Shown here: positions 37,350 through 47,308 of the stretch, piece by piece
How the letters are laid out: every line of letters starts with the position of its first letter
How positions within the stretch are numbered: the first letter of the stretch is position 1
Translations under genes and position numbers: made by a program
Assembly (NCBI GenBank): GCA_965220745.1
Contig: CBDCQT010000012.1
Span: forward strand, 608,001 to 672,000
Source of the DNA: Alphaproteobacteria bacterium
GTDB lineage: Bacteria > Pseudomonadota > Alphaproteobacteria > UBA828
Direction of reading: 5' to 3'
Length of the DNA stretch: 64,000 nucleotides
Notes under the pieces: model-generated
What the model was told of the DNA's origin: nothing
Database searches by the model: none
The model's input: only the letters and a program-made list of their open reading frames with translations

Positions 37350-39164
37350 ATGGCCAAGCCCAAACGGCAGGGAGAGAGCGTGAATCGGGCTGCAGCCACC
37401 ATCGATCCGGTCACCGCGAATGTGATTTACGGCGCGCTGGAGACCATCGCCGTCGAGATGGGCTTCAAGCTCATGCGCATGTCGCATTCGAGCCTGATCC
37501 GGGAATCCGAGGATTTCGGTGCTGCCGTGCTGGACGCGGACGGCAACCAGATCGCCGAGACGCCGCAGAGCACGCCGCTCCAGTCGGGTCCGTTGCCTGG
37601 CTACGTGCGCGGCATTCGCGCGGCGCTGGAGAGGCGCGGCGAGGCCATCGAGCCGGGCGATGTCTACATCCACAACGATGCCTACGGCGGTGCCAGCCAC
37701 GTGCCCGATGTGGCGTTCTGCGTGCCGGTGTTCCACGAGGGCGTGCTAGTGGGCTTCACCGGGACCGCGGCACATCACGTCGATATCGGCGCCCACACGC
37801 CGGGCAGTGCCGGAATCGTCGATGCGGTCGACGCCTACGCCGAGGGCATTCAGCTCAAGGGCCTCAAGATCTACGACAAGGGGGTCCGGAACACGACGCT
37901 CTGGGCCGTGCTGGGGGACAATATCCGCGCCTCGCACCTGGTGCTGGGCGACATGGAGGCGCAGATCGCCGCCGCCCGAATCGGCGCCGAGGCGTTTCTC
38001 GCCCTGATCGAGCGCCACGGGCTCGAGACGGTGCAGGCGGCCTGCGCCGCGCTCATGGACTATTCCGAGCGCATGATGCGGCAAGCCATCGCGGCGCTCC
38101 CGGACGGCCGCTACCAGGCACAAGGCGCCATCGACGGCTTCCTGGACGACGACGACCCGGCGCGCCGCGAGCTCCCCATCGCGGTCACCGTCACCGTCTC
38201 AGGCAGCGACATCACCGTCGACTTCACTGGCACGTCCAAGCAGGTGGACGACCGGCCGATCAACATGCCGCTTCACGGCACGGTCGACTGTGCTGTCTGG
38301 ATGACGCTCCGCTCGATCCTGCTGGACTCAGCCGTGCACGGCCGCGTGCCGCTCAACGCCGGCCTGACCCGGCCGATCCGCATCGTCGCGCCCAGGGGGA
38401 CCCTGGTGAATCCGATCTTCCCGGCGCCCACGATCTCGCGCGCCTGCCCAGGGATTCAATGCGCCGACACGATCATGAAGGCGCTCGCCCAGGCCGTGCC
38501 AGGCCAGGTCTCGGCCGGCGTCGGCAACCTCAACGTCGTCGCCTACAGCGGGCTGCGCGAGGAGAGCCACTGGGTCCACATGGAGATCTACGAGGGCGCC
38601 TACGGCGGGCGCGCCGGCAAGGATGGCATGGACGCGGTGGACATCCTCTTCACCAACACGCGGAACAACCCCATCGAGGACGTCGAGTCCCACTTCCCGC
38701 TGCGCATCCACCGCTACGAGCTGCGCGAAGAGGGCTGCGCGGCGGGGCGGTGGCGCGGCGGGATCGGGCCGATCCGCGAGACAGAATTGCTCGACGATGC
38801 GGGCTTCTCGATCGAGGGCGAAGGCCAGCGCTTCCCGCCTTGGGGACATGACGGCGGTGCCGAAGGTCGGGCCAACAGCATCACCCTCGTTCGCGCCGAC
38901 GGTTCGGAGCAGGCGCTGCCCTCCAAGCTCGCGCATTTGAAGGCGGCAGCCGGCGACCGCGTGATCGTCACCTCGTGCTGCGGTGGCGGCTACGGCGATC
39001 CGCTGCTGCGACCGGCCGAACAGGTGGCGGCGGACGTCGTCGACGGTCACATCAGCGCCGAGGCCGCGCGGCGCGACTACGGCGTGGTGCTCACGGATAC
39101 GCTTGTGCTCGACGCTGCCGCTACTGCACGCGAACGCACGGCCCGCGCCACGCCGACACCGTGA
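37350..39164 (+). CDS. Hydantoinase B / oxoprolinase family protein
   Basis: IDPVT..VI, IRESEDF, HNDAYGGASHVPD, HHVDIG, NNPIEDVE, G.WRGG.G, GGGYGDP. Confidence 0.9.
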   Translation: MAKPKRQGESVNRAAATIDPVTANVIYGALETIAVEMGFKLMRMSHSSLIRESEDFGAAVLDADGNQIAETPQSTPLQSGPLPGYVRGIRAALERRGEAIEPGDVYIHNDAYGGASHVPDVAFCVPVFHEGVLVGFTGTAAHHVDIGAHTPGSAGIVDAVDAYAEGIQLKGLKIYDKGVRNTTLWAVLGDNIRASHLVLGDMEAQIAAARIGAEAFLALIERHGLETVQAACAALMDYSERMMRQAIAALPDGRYQAQGAIDGFLDDDDPARRELPIAVTVTVSGSDITVDFTGTSKQVDDRPINMPLHGTVDCAVWMTLRSILLDSAVHGRVPLNAGLTRPIRIVAPRGTLVNPIFPAPTISRACPGIQCADTIMKALAQAVPGQVSAGVGNLNVVAYSGLREESHWVHMEIYEGAYGGRAGKDGMDAVDILFTNTRNNPIEDVESHFPLRIHRYELREEGCAAGRWRGGIGPIRETELLDDAGFSIEGEGQRFPPWGHDGGAEGRANSITLVRADGSEQALPSKLAHLKAAAGDRVIVTSCCGGGYGDPLLRPAEQVAADVVDGHISAEAARRDYGVVLTDTLVLDAAATARERTARATPTP

Positions 39165-39224
39165 GACCCGTCGGTCCGCCCTCGGCAAGCCGGGACACCT
39201 AAGCGTCCGGCCGGATCAAGTCGG

Positions 39225-39671
39225 CTATTCCTCGGCCTGCTCGGCGGTGCTCTTCCTCAACGTGATGACGTTGAGCGCATCCCGGCGCTGGTAGTCCACG
39301 TCGTCCATCATCTGCTGCACGAGAAAGAGGCCGAGCCCGCCGAGAGCGCGCTCTTCGAGCGTCGCGTCGACGTTGGGTTCGCGCTCCAGCGAAGAGTCGA
39401 AGGCCCTGCCATCGTCGACGATCACCACGACCAGCGTGTCGCCTTCCTGGCGCAGGGTGAGATCGATGCGGTGCTCGGCCTCGTCGTCGTAGCCGTAGCT
39501 GATGGTGTTGGTCAGGATTTCGTCGATTGAGAGATTGACCGCATAGGCGATCTGCGGCGACAGACTCCGCGCCTCGCAGAACGCGTCGATCTTCTCGGCC
39601 GCGGCACCGATTTCCCGCAGGTCGTTGACCAGCGAGAGTTCGAGTGCGCCGTCGCTCACGGATTCGTTCAT
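39225..39671 (-). CDS. Anti-sigma factor / ATP-binding protein (RsbW, HATPase_c_2)
   Basis: L..DEILTNTISYG, DDGRAFD, R.LGGLGLFLV..MMD, N.ITL. Confidence 0.87.
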   Translation of the reverse strand: MNESVSDGALELSLVNDLREIGAAAEKIDAFCEARSLSPQIAYAVNLSIDEILTNTISYGYDDEAEHRIDLTLRQEGDTLVVVIVDDGRAFDSSLEREPNVDATLEERALGGLGLFLVQQMMDDVDYQRRDALNVITLRKSTAEQAEE

Positions 39672-39892
39672 CGGCCAAACGTGTCGCGGTGCCCGCAGGG
39701 CCACGTATCGGCCCTCATAATGTGCACCCTTTTCGCCTATTCGGGAGGACATGTTAACTGCTTTGCGCCGGCGCGAACGCCGCTGCTCCCAGTCTGGCGT
39801 CACTTGATCGAACCCGCCCTGCCGGCCACACTGGCAACGGAGGACTGGCCGGGCGGGCGCACGCGCGGTCGCAACAGGGAGGAACGACCGAG

Positions 39893-41239
39893 ATGTCCAA
39901 CGATGCCGAAGCTGCGCTGCTCGATCGAGACAACGCGCACCTGCTCCATCCGCTGCACAGCCATGCCGTCCATGCCACCGGCAAGGTCTGGGTCGGTGGG
40001 GAAGGGGCCTTCCTCGTCGATGCGAACGGGGATCGCTACATCGACGGTCTCTCCGGCCTCTGGAACAACACCGCCGGAAACGGCTGCCGTGAGCTGGTCG
40101 AGGCCGGGAGCAAGCAGCTCGCCGAGATGGCCTATGCGTCCGGCTACTCCGGCAGCACCAACCCGCGCGCCATCGAGCTTGCCGAAAAGCTCGCCCGGAT
40201 CACCTACCCGAACATCAACCACTTCTTCTTCACGTCGGGCGGCGGCGAGGCGACCGACAGCAACATCAAGATGGCCCGCTACTACTGGAAGCTGAAGGGC
40301 CAGCCGGAGAAGACCAAGGTCATCTCCCGCATCTGGGGCTACCACGGCGTCACGCTCGCCGCCATGTGCGCGACGGGCATGAGCATCTACTGGCCGATGT
40401 TCGAGCCGCGCATGCCGGGCTTCGTCCATATTCCAAGCCCCTATCCTTATCGCTACGAGGCGCCGGAGGGCGCGGAGAGCCAGGGCATCGCCGCAGCGGA
40501 CGAGTTGGAGAAGGCCATCCTCGCCGAAGGGCCGGAGACGGTGGCGATGTTCATTGCCGAGCCGGTGCAGGGCGGCGGCGGCGTAATCCCGCCTCAGCCC
40601 GACTACTTCCCGCGCATCCGCGAGATTTGCACCAAGTACGACGTGCTGATGGTCTCGGACGAGGTGATTACCGGGTTCGGCCGCACCGGCAAGATGTTCG
40701 GCCTGCAGCACTGGGACGTCGAGCCCGACATGATCCAGTACGCCAAGGCCATTACCTCGGGCTACTTCTCCCTCGGCGGCATCGGGATCAGCGACGAGAT
40801 CGCCAACACGATGCACGAGAGCGGCAAGCCCTGGATGCACGCCTACACCTACAGCGCACATCCCACCGGATGTGCTATCGGCTGTGCCATGATGGACTTG
40901 ATCGAAAGGGAGGATTTCCCCGGCCAGGCCGCGGCGAAGGGCAAGCGCCTGCTGGTTGGCCTCAAGGACGCGCTCGCCGATCATCCCAACGTCGGCGACA
41001 TCCGGGGACTCGGGCTCATGTGCGCCGTGGAGTACGTGAAGGACCGCGCGACCAAGGAGAGCTTCGATCCCGCCGACGGCATCGCCGCCAAGATCAACGC
41101 CGAGGCGGTGGCGCGCGGGCTCTTCAGCCGCTCCCGGCCGGACGTTTTCATGGTTGCGCCGCCGATCATCATCGACGACGAGACCATCGATCAGATGGTG
41201 GAGATCACTGCCGAGTCGACGCGGGCGGTCCTTGGCTGA
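39893..41239 (+). CDS. Class III omega-amino acid/amine aminotransferase
   Basis: LLHP, DGLSGLWN, GYHGVT, FIAEPVQGGGGV, SDEVITGFGRTG, AKAITSGY, YTYSAHP. Confidence 0.9.
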   Translation: MSNDAEAALLDRDNAHLLHPLHSHAVHATGKVWVGGEGAFLVDANGDRYIDGLSGLWNNTAGNGCRELVEAGSKQLAEMAYASGYSGSTNPRAIELAEKLARITYPNINHFFFTSGGGEATDSNIKMARYYWKLKGQPEKTKVISRIWGYHGVTLAAMCATGMSIYWPMFEPRMPGFVHIPSPYPYRYEAPEGAESQGIAAADELEKAILAEGPETVAMFIAEPVQGGGGVIPPQPDYFPRIREICTKYDVLMVSDEVITGFGRTGKMFGLQHWDVEPDMIQYAKAITSGYFSLGGIGISDEIANTMHESGKPWMHAYTYSAHPTGCAIGCAMMDLIEREDFPGQAAAKGKRLLVGLKDALADHPNVGDIRGLGLMCAVEYVKDRATKESFDPADGIAAKINAEAVARGLFSRSRPDVFMVAPPIIIDDETIDQMVEITAESTRAVLG

Positions 41240-42581
41240 GAGCGGCACGCAGGCCGTGCTGGGGGAGGATCGTCCGGCGCCACGGCCACCCATAGACTGG
41301 GAGGCGCCCGAATTCCTGGACGCCGGCGCGCTCGACGGCGAGTTGCGCCGCGTCGCGAGCGTCTGTCACACCTGCCGCCGCTGCGAGGATCTCTGCGAGA
41401 GTTTTCCGCGACTCTTCGATCTGATCGACAGCGCGGGCAGCGTCGAGGCGGTCAAGAGCGCCGACTTCGAGAGCGTGGGCGCGGCCTGCACGCTCTGCGA
41501 CATGTGCTACCCGGTCTGCCCCTACACGCCGCCGCACGTGCACGCGGTCGATTTCCCCGCGCTGATGATCCGCCAGCGGGCGCATGCCAAGAGCAAGGTG
41601 GGCCTCTTCGAGCGCGCATTGGGTTCGACGGACCGCAATGGCCGGCTGTTCGGCGCCATTGCCCCGCTCGCCAACTGGGCGGCGCGCCGTGGCAACCGGC
41701 TGACCCGGTCGCTCATGGAAGCGTTTGCCGGCATTCACCGCGATGCGGTGCTGCCACGCTTCCATGCCCGGAGCTTCAGCCGGCAGGCCGCCACACGTCC
41801 CCCGGCCGTCGCCGCGAACGCGCCGGCCGCCGGGCGCAAGGCGGTGCTCTACGCCACCTGCTTCGTCGAGTACAACAATCCGGGCATAGGCCGAGCAGCC
41901 CAGGGCGTGCTCGCGAAGAACGGCGTCGAGACCAAGATTGTCTACGACACATGCTGCGGGATGCCGCAATTGGAGCGCGGCGATATCGCGGAGGTCTGCC
42001 GCCGCGCTCGGCGCGTCGCCACGGCGCTCATCCCTTGGATCGACCGAGGCTGGGATGTAATCGCGCCGGTTCCCTCCTGCGCGCTGATGATGAAGACGAC
42101 GTGGCCCCAGTGCCTGCCAGACGATCCGGCGGTGGCGCGCCTCGCAGAGCACACGAGCGATATCTCCGAGTACGTCGTGGGCATCGCTCGCGAGGAGGGT
42201 CTCGCCGAGGGGCTGGCGCCGCTCGACGGCGACGTCGCCCTCCACCAAGCCTGCCACGCCAGGGCCCAGAATATCGGCGCCAAGGCTGCCGTCATGCTGC
42301 GCATGATCCCGAAGAGCAACGTGCTGATGATGCAGCGTTGCGCCGGTCACGGCGGCACCTGGGGCGTGATGAAGCGGAACTTCGAGACCGGCATGAAGGT
42401 CGGCGAGCCGGTCATCCGGCAGGCGGCCGAAAGCGGCCGTGCTTACCTCGCCTCCGAGTGTCCGCTCGCCGGCGACCACATCGTGCAGGGGATGGAGCGC
42501 CTGGATGCGGGCCGCGCCCATGCGAAGCGCGCCCACCACCCGATCGAATTGCTGGCCAAGAGCTATGGCATCGACGCCTGA
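41232..42581 (+). CDS. Fe-S oxidoreductase, GlpC/heterodisulfide-reductase-related (two 4Fe-4S motifs plus CCG domains)
   Basis: CHTCRRCEDLC, CTLCDMCYPVCPY, TCCGMP, PSC, CHARAQ, RCAGHGGTWG, SECPLA; TTG start is uncertain. Confidence 0.85.
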   Translation: MAESGTQAVLGEDRPAPRPPIDWEAPEFLDAGALDGELRRVASVCHTCRRCEDLCESFPRLFDLIDSAGSVEAVKSADFESVGAACTLCDMCYPVCPYTPPHVHAVDFPALMIRQRAHAKSKVGLFERALGSTDRNGRLFGAIAPLANWAARRGNRLTRSLMEAFAGIHRDAVLPRFHARSFSRQAATRPPAVAANAPAAGRKAVLYATCFVEYNNPGIGRAAQGVLAKNGVETKIVYDTCCGMPQLERGDIAEVCRRARRVATALIPWIDRGWDVIAPVPSCALMMKTTWPQCLPDDPAVARLAEHTSDISEYVVGIAREEGLAEGLAPLDGDVALHQACHARAQNIGAKAAVMLRMIPKSNVLMMQRCAGHGGTWGVMKRNFETGMKVGEPVIRQAAESGRAYLASECPLAGDHIVQGMERLDAGRAHAKRAHHPIELLAKSYGIDA

Positions 42582-42996
42582 CCGCGCGCTCGACGCGCAC
42601 GCGACCGAGACGCTGACCGCGATGGCGCGCGTGCTCTATCCCCACGACTTCCTGGACGACTCACCCTATCGCCAGGTGGTCGACATCGTGGCCGGGGAGG
42701 CGGATGCCGCGCAGCACACGCTGCTGGCGGAGGGCGTCGCGGCGCTGGATGGGGCCTCGGACCGTCCGTTCCTCGCGCTCGCGGAGGGGGAGCGGCTCGC
42801 GGCGGTCCAGGCGATCGAGCGCACGCCCTTTTTCGAGACGATGCGCGCGGCCACGGCGCGCCACCTCTATTCCAATCCGGCAGTGTGGCCCCACTTCGGC
42901 TACGAGGGGCCGTCCCACCATCGCGGCGGTTACATCGATCGCGGCTTCGACGATATCGACTGGATTTCCGAAGAGGACGTGAGGGTGGACGAATGA
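42565..42996 (+). CDS. Gluconate 2-dehydrogenase subunit 3-like small subunit, no Tat signal
   Basis: MARVLYPHD, FF, LY.NP.VW..FGYEG....GGYIDRGFDDIDW. Confidence 0.75.
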   Translation: MASTPDRALDAHATETLTAMARVLYPHDFLDDSPYRQVVDIVAGEADAAQHTLLAEGVAALDGASDRPFLALAEGERLAAVQAIERTPFFETMRAATARHLYSNPAVWPHFGYEGPSHHRGGYIDRGFDDIDWISEEDVRVDE

Positions 42997-44597
42997 TTGC
43001 ACCTCACCGCGACGACGACGATATCCCTGCCGTCACCTACGACCTGGACGACGACAGCGTTGTCGTGATCATCGGCTCCGGCGCTGGTGGCGGCACCATG
43101 GCCGACGAGCTGACCCGGCGGGGCATCGACGTGGTTCTGCTGGAGGCCGGCCCGCGCTTCAAGACGAGCGACTTCGTCAACGACGAGTGGGCGATGAACG
43201 ACCTTCTCACCTGGAAGGACAAGCGCGACTGCACCGGCGGCGCGCCCGTCGCCCGCGACTACCCCACTGCGCCCACCTGGACCTGCAAGGCCTTGGGCGG
43301 CACCACTCTCCACTGGACTTCCATGTGTCCGCGTCCCGAGGACTACGAGTTCAAGGTGCGCACGACTTACAGCGACATGGACGGTGCCGCCCTGGAGGAC
43401 TGGCCGCTCGATAATGAAGAGATGGAGCCCTTCTACCGCGAGGCCGAGATCAAGATGGGCGTCACCGGGCGGAACGGGATCCCGTTTCACCGATCCTCCA
43501 ACGCAGTCCGGGTCATGTCCCTCGGCGCGAAGCGCATGGGCTACCGAGACTTCGGCCCCAACAACCTGGCGGTCAACCCGCTGCCCCGCGACGGCCGCAA
43601 CGCTTGCGACCAGATCGGCTTCTGCATTCAGGGCTGCCGCTCCGGCGGCAAGTGGTCCACCTTCGTCTCCGAGCTGCCGCGCGCCGAAGCCACGGGGCGC
43701 TGCGAGATTCGCACCCGCTGCATGGTGCTCCGCATCGAGCATGACGCGAGCGGCCGCATCAGTGGAGTCCTCTATGCCGACGCGTTCGGAGACCACCATT
43801 TTCAGAAGGCGCGGCTGGTCTGCGTCGCTGCAAATTCGATCGAGACCACGCGGCTGCTGCTCAACTCCGAGTCAAGCGCGTGGCCTGATGGGCTCGCCAA
43901 CGGCTCGGGCATGCTCGGCAAGCACTACATGCGCCACGTGACCGCCTACATGTACGGGGAATTTCCGAGACCCGTGCGCATGTACCGCGGCCTGGTCGCC
44001 GCGGGCGTCATTCGCGACGAAGCCCGGCTCGATACCACCCGCGGCTTTGCCGGCGGCTACTACTATGGCTCCATCGGCCTTGGCTTGCCTTTCTACGCGG
44101 CGTTCCTGAGTCCGGGGCGCTGGGGCGCCGACTACACGAGCTGGATCGAGGCCTATGAGCGCGTCGCGGGCCTGTTCGTGAACGGCGAGGACATGCCCAT
44201 CGCCACCAACCGGGTGACGCTCCATCCCACCGAGAGGGACCAGCACGGGCTGCCGATCCCCCGTCTCAACCTCGACGATCATCCCAACGATCTGGCGATG
44301 AAGCGCCATGCCTACCGCAACGGGATCGCCATGTTGGAGGCGGCCGGCGCGCTCCGCGTCTTCTGCTCGCCGCCGCTGCCGGTCTCCCACAATCTCGGCA
44401 CTTGCCGCATGAGTGAGGATCCCGACGCCGGCGTGGTCGATCGCTGGGGCCGGAGCCACGAGATCCCCAACCTCTTCATCTCCGACGGCAGCCAGTTCAC
44501 GTCGTCGCTGGCGGGCAACCCGACGCTGACCATCGTCACCCTCGCCATCCGCCAGGCGGGCTACATCGCCCGACAGATGAGCCGCGGCGAGCTCTAG
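42993..44597 (+). CDS. GMC family flavoprotein oxidoreductase
   Basis: IIGSGAGGG, LGGTTLHW, CDQIGFCIQGC, IETTRLLLNS, HNLGTCRM, NPTLTI. Confidence 0.9.
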   Translation: MIAPHRDDDDIPAVTYDLDDDSVVVIIGSGAGGGTMADELTRRGIDVVLLEAGPRFKTSDFVNDEWAMNDLLTWKDKRDCTGGAPVARDYPTAPTWTCKALGGTTLHWTSMCPRPEDYEFKVRTTYSDMDGAALEDWPLDNEEMEPFYREAEIKMGVTGRNGIPFHRSSNAVRVMSLGAKRMGYRDFGPNNLAVNPLPRDGRNACDQIGFCIQGCRSGGKWSTFVSELPRAEATGRCEIRTRCMVLRIEHDASGRISGVLYADAFGDHHFQKARLVCVAANSIETTRLLLNSESSAWPDGLANGSGMLGKHYMRHVTAYMYGEFPRPVRMYRGLVAAGVIRDEARLDTTRGFAGGYYYGSIGLGLPFYAAFLSPGRWGADYTSWIEAYERVAGLFVNGEDMPIATNRVTLHPTERDQHGLPIPRLNLDDHPNDLAMKRHAYRNGIAMLEAAGALRVFCSPPLPVSHNLGTCRMSEDPDAGVVDRWGRSHEIPNLFISDGSQFTSSLAGNPTLTIVTLAIRQAGYIARQMSRGEL

Positions 44598-44684
44598 CCT
44601 GCCGCAACCGGTTAACGCCCCCGGTCCGGTTGCGCCTATCGAGCGAACCCGGCAACCGATCCACACGAATCACGGGAGGAAGAC

Positions 44685-45083
44685 ATGGCAACTCTGCCGA
44701 TGGTGGAGTACGACGACGCCCCGCCGGAGGTCCGCGCGGTCTACGACGACATCATGGAGACCCGTAAGACCGACTGGATCAACAACTTCTGGAAGGTGCT
44801 AGCCAACGATCCGCCGACCCTCGCGCGCGCTTGGAACAGCATCAAGGAGGTGATGGCGCCCGGTGCCCTCGACCCGCTCACCAAGGAGCTGATCTACGTC
44901 GCGGTGAGCGCCACCAACGGCTGCGAGTACTGCATCCGCTCCCACACCGCAGGCGCGCGTCGGCAGGGGATGACCGACGCCATGCTGGCCGAATTGATGG
45001 CGGTGGTGGGTATGGCGAACGAGACCAACGCGCTCGCCAGCGGCTACGCCGTCGACGTCGACGCGGCGTTTCTGAAGAAATAG
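44685..45083 (+). CDS. Carboxymuconolactone decarboxylase / AhpD family protein
   Basis: VYDDI, NNFWK, KELIYVAVS..NGCEYCI.SH. Confidence 0.88.
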   Translation: MATLPMVEYDDAPPEVRAVYDDIMETRKTDWINNFWKVLANDPPTLARAWNSIKEVMAPGALDPLTKELIYVAVSATNGCEYCIRSHTAGARRQGMTDAMLAELMAVVGMANETNALASGYAVDVDAAFLKK

Positions 45084-45099
45084 GGGGCGGCGCCCGCAC

Positions 45100-45300
45100 G
45101 TCCTATCTGCGCAAGATCGCCGACGGTCTCACGGCCCGGCGCCTGATCCGCGATTGGATTGCCTTTTACAATGCCGAGAGGCCGCACGCGGCGCAGCAGC
45201 TACAGGAAGATCGATTGAAGAGGATTCTGGCGGCCTGAACATCAACCCGAATACACCATAGCCGAGCCGTCAGGCTGTCCGAAAAGGCGAGGCCACCTCA
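45100..45300 (+). mobile_element. IS3-family remnant (3' end of transposase plus right inverted repeat)
   Basis: Translation YLRKIADGLTARRLIRDWIAFYNAERPHAA matches the IS3 integrase C-terminus; ends CTGTCCGAAAAGGCGAGGCCACCTCA with terminal CA. Confidence 0.75.
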
Positions 45301-45614
45301 CTCTTTCTCAGGCTGCCATCCCCGAGTGGTGCGCCCGACGCGGTTAGCGCCGGGTTCATTCCTGGTTGTTGATATATTGGAAACGACGGTGAACAATTGC
45401 TCGATTGTTGAATAATTCGGAATTGAACTTCTCATAAAATCGCTTGTCCTGTTGCCATCCGATCGTGCACCAATTGTCCGCTGCACGTATGCAATCCGAC
45501 GCCTCCATGTTCGAGCGGCTTAGGCACCCCACGGAGCTTGAATCAATTCCATTGCCGGCGACTGCACGGATTCTTCTGGGTGGCGTGATTTCGGCTGGGG
45601 CCGGCGCAGGGTAG

Positions 45615-47308
45615 ATGCCGATGCCAGCCAGGCCCCGCAACATCGCCTTCGGTCCCGTCGGCGCCCTGGTGGGTCGAGCCGTGGGCCGTTTCTTCGTCGG
45701 CACCCGCGCGGGAGCCACGTCCATCGTTACGGCAGCGGTCGCGGTGATGTCGGTCGCAGGCTTTGCGTTTGTCACCGACCACATCTGGCTGATCGATCAG
45801 CGCGACGTGCTCAAGAACGCCGCCGATGCAGCTGCGATCGCTGCCACGAAGGAGATGAATCGCCAGCTCATCCCCAGTCCGGACATGACCCAGGCCGATC
45901 TGACCACTGCGCTTACCCCTGTCGCGAGAAACTACCTTGAACTGAACCTCGCCTATCTGCCGACGGACCGTCTCACTCGTGCCAAGGAGACGCTCCAGGT
46001 GACCGTCACACCCAACAAGGACCAGGGCACGGTGAACGTGGCGACGACGGCGGACCTCGGCGGCACGCTGTTCTCCCGGCATCTGCCGATGCTCAGCAAC
46101 TACAAGGGACCCGCGACGGTCGGCACCCGTGCCGGCGTCGAGACCAGGGTGACACCTATCGAGGCCGTGCTCGCCATCGACGTAAGCACGTCCATGCAGG
46201 GCAAACTGGAGGGGGGATGGCCGGACAAGGCCGGGGGTGAGAAGAGCCGCATGGACATCGTCAAGGACGCGGCCAAGGCGCTCGTCAACATCCTCCGGCC
46301 CAACGAGCACAACCGCGTCGCGATCGGCGTGGTGCCCTGGCACTTCAATGTGCGCCTTGCGGACGCGACGGCCTCGGATTGGAGCACCAATCGCTGGGCG
46401 CGCTACCCGACGGAGCGAACTTACGGCGTGCCGTACGGCTGCGCCGACCTAATTAGCGAGTGGGACGTCTGCCAGCCTGCTGCCACCGACGACGAGCTCC
46501 CGCAGACCGCGCCAGAAGATTGGAAGGGATGCCTCGACAGCCACCGCATGGTGGGAAGCGGAACCCATGCCGCGAACGCTTCGACGAGCGACTTTTTCTC
46601 CCTGCCGTCGATCAGTCCTTTCGCCCAAGCATACTTTCCCGCCCTGTACGGGCCAAGTATGAGTGTTTTACCCTCGAGACGTTCCCTTCGGATGTTTGGT
46701 GGTACCGCTGTTACGATCTCTACGATCCTGACAATCCCAACCACTGGAGTTCGTACTATGAACCACAATACGGTTGTAGCGCCTCGGGACCGACCATGCT
46801 CTCCTTGAGCACCGACCGCGCGGCCATCATCGGCGCCGTAGACAACCTCTCGCCTGTTGGCAGTTCGACCCATTCGGGGCTCGGCGTCCTGTGGGGTCAA
46901 CGCATGCTTCTGTCGTCATGGCGGAGCGTGTGGGGTGGGACCGTCCATCCCGTGGACCCCACCTCCACCGACGGGAAGGGCGTCCGCAAGGTCATCGTTC
47001 TCCTCACGGACGGCGAAGACACCTTCTGCGGCCACAAGAACGTGACCTGCGCAGACAGCCGCGTAGGCATCTCGCGCACCGAGGCATGCGCCGAGGTGAA
47101 GAAGGCAGGGACCGAGATCTTTGTCGTTGCGGCCATGCACCCGGATCAGGTTTCGGCCGATCTCGGGACATCGCTGACCGAGTGCTCCAGCGAATCTGAC
47201 GACTCGGACGAAACTTACGCGTTTCTCAACAACGCGACCCCGGAGAGCCTTCAGACAGCGTTCGAGAGCATTGCGAACCAGTTGCGGGTCGTGCGGCGAA
47301 CTCACTGA
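45615..47308 (+). pseudogene. TadG-like pilus tip protein with vWA domain, split by a one-base frameshift near 46651
   Basis: GATSIVTAA..V and LKNAADAAAIAA (Tad domain), MIDAS DVSTSM, WKGC; the second frame gives T.SGLG..WG, KVIVLLTDGED, L..AFESIA..L. Confidence 0.78.
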
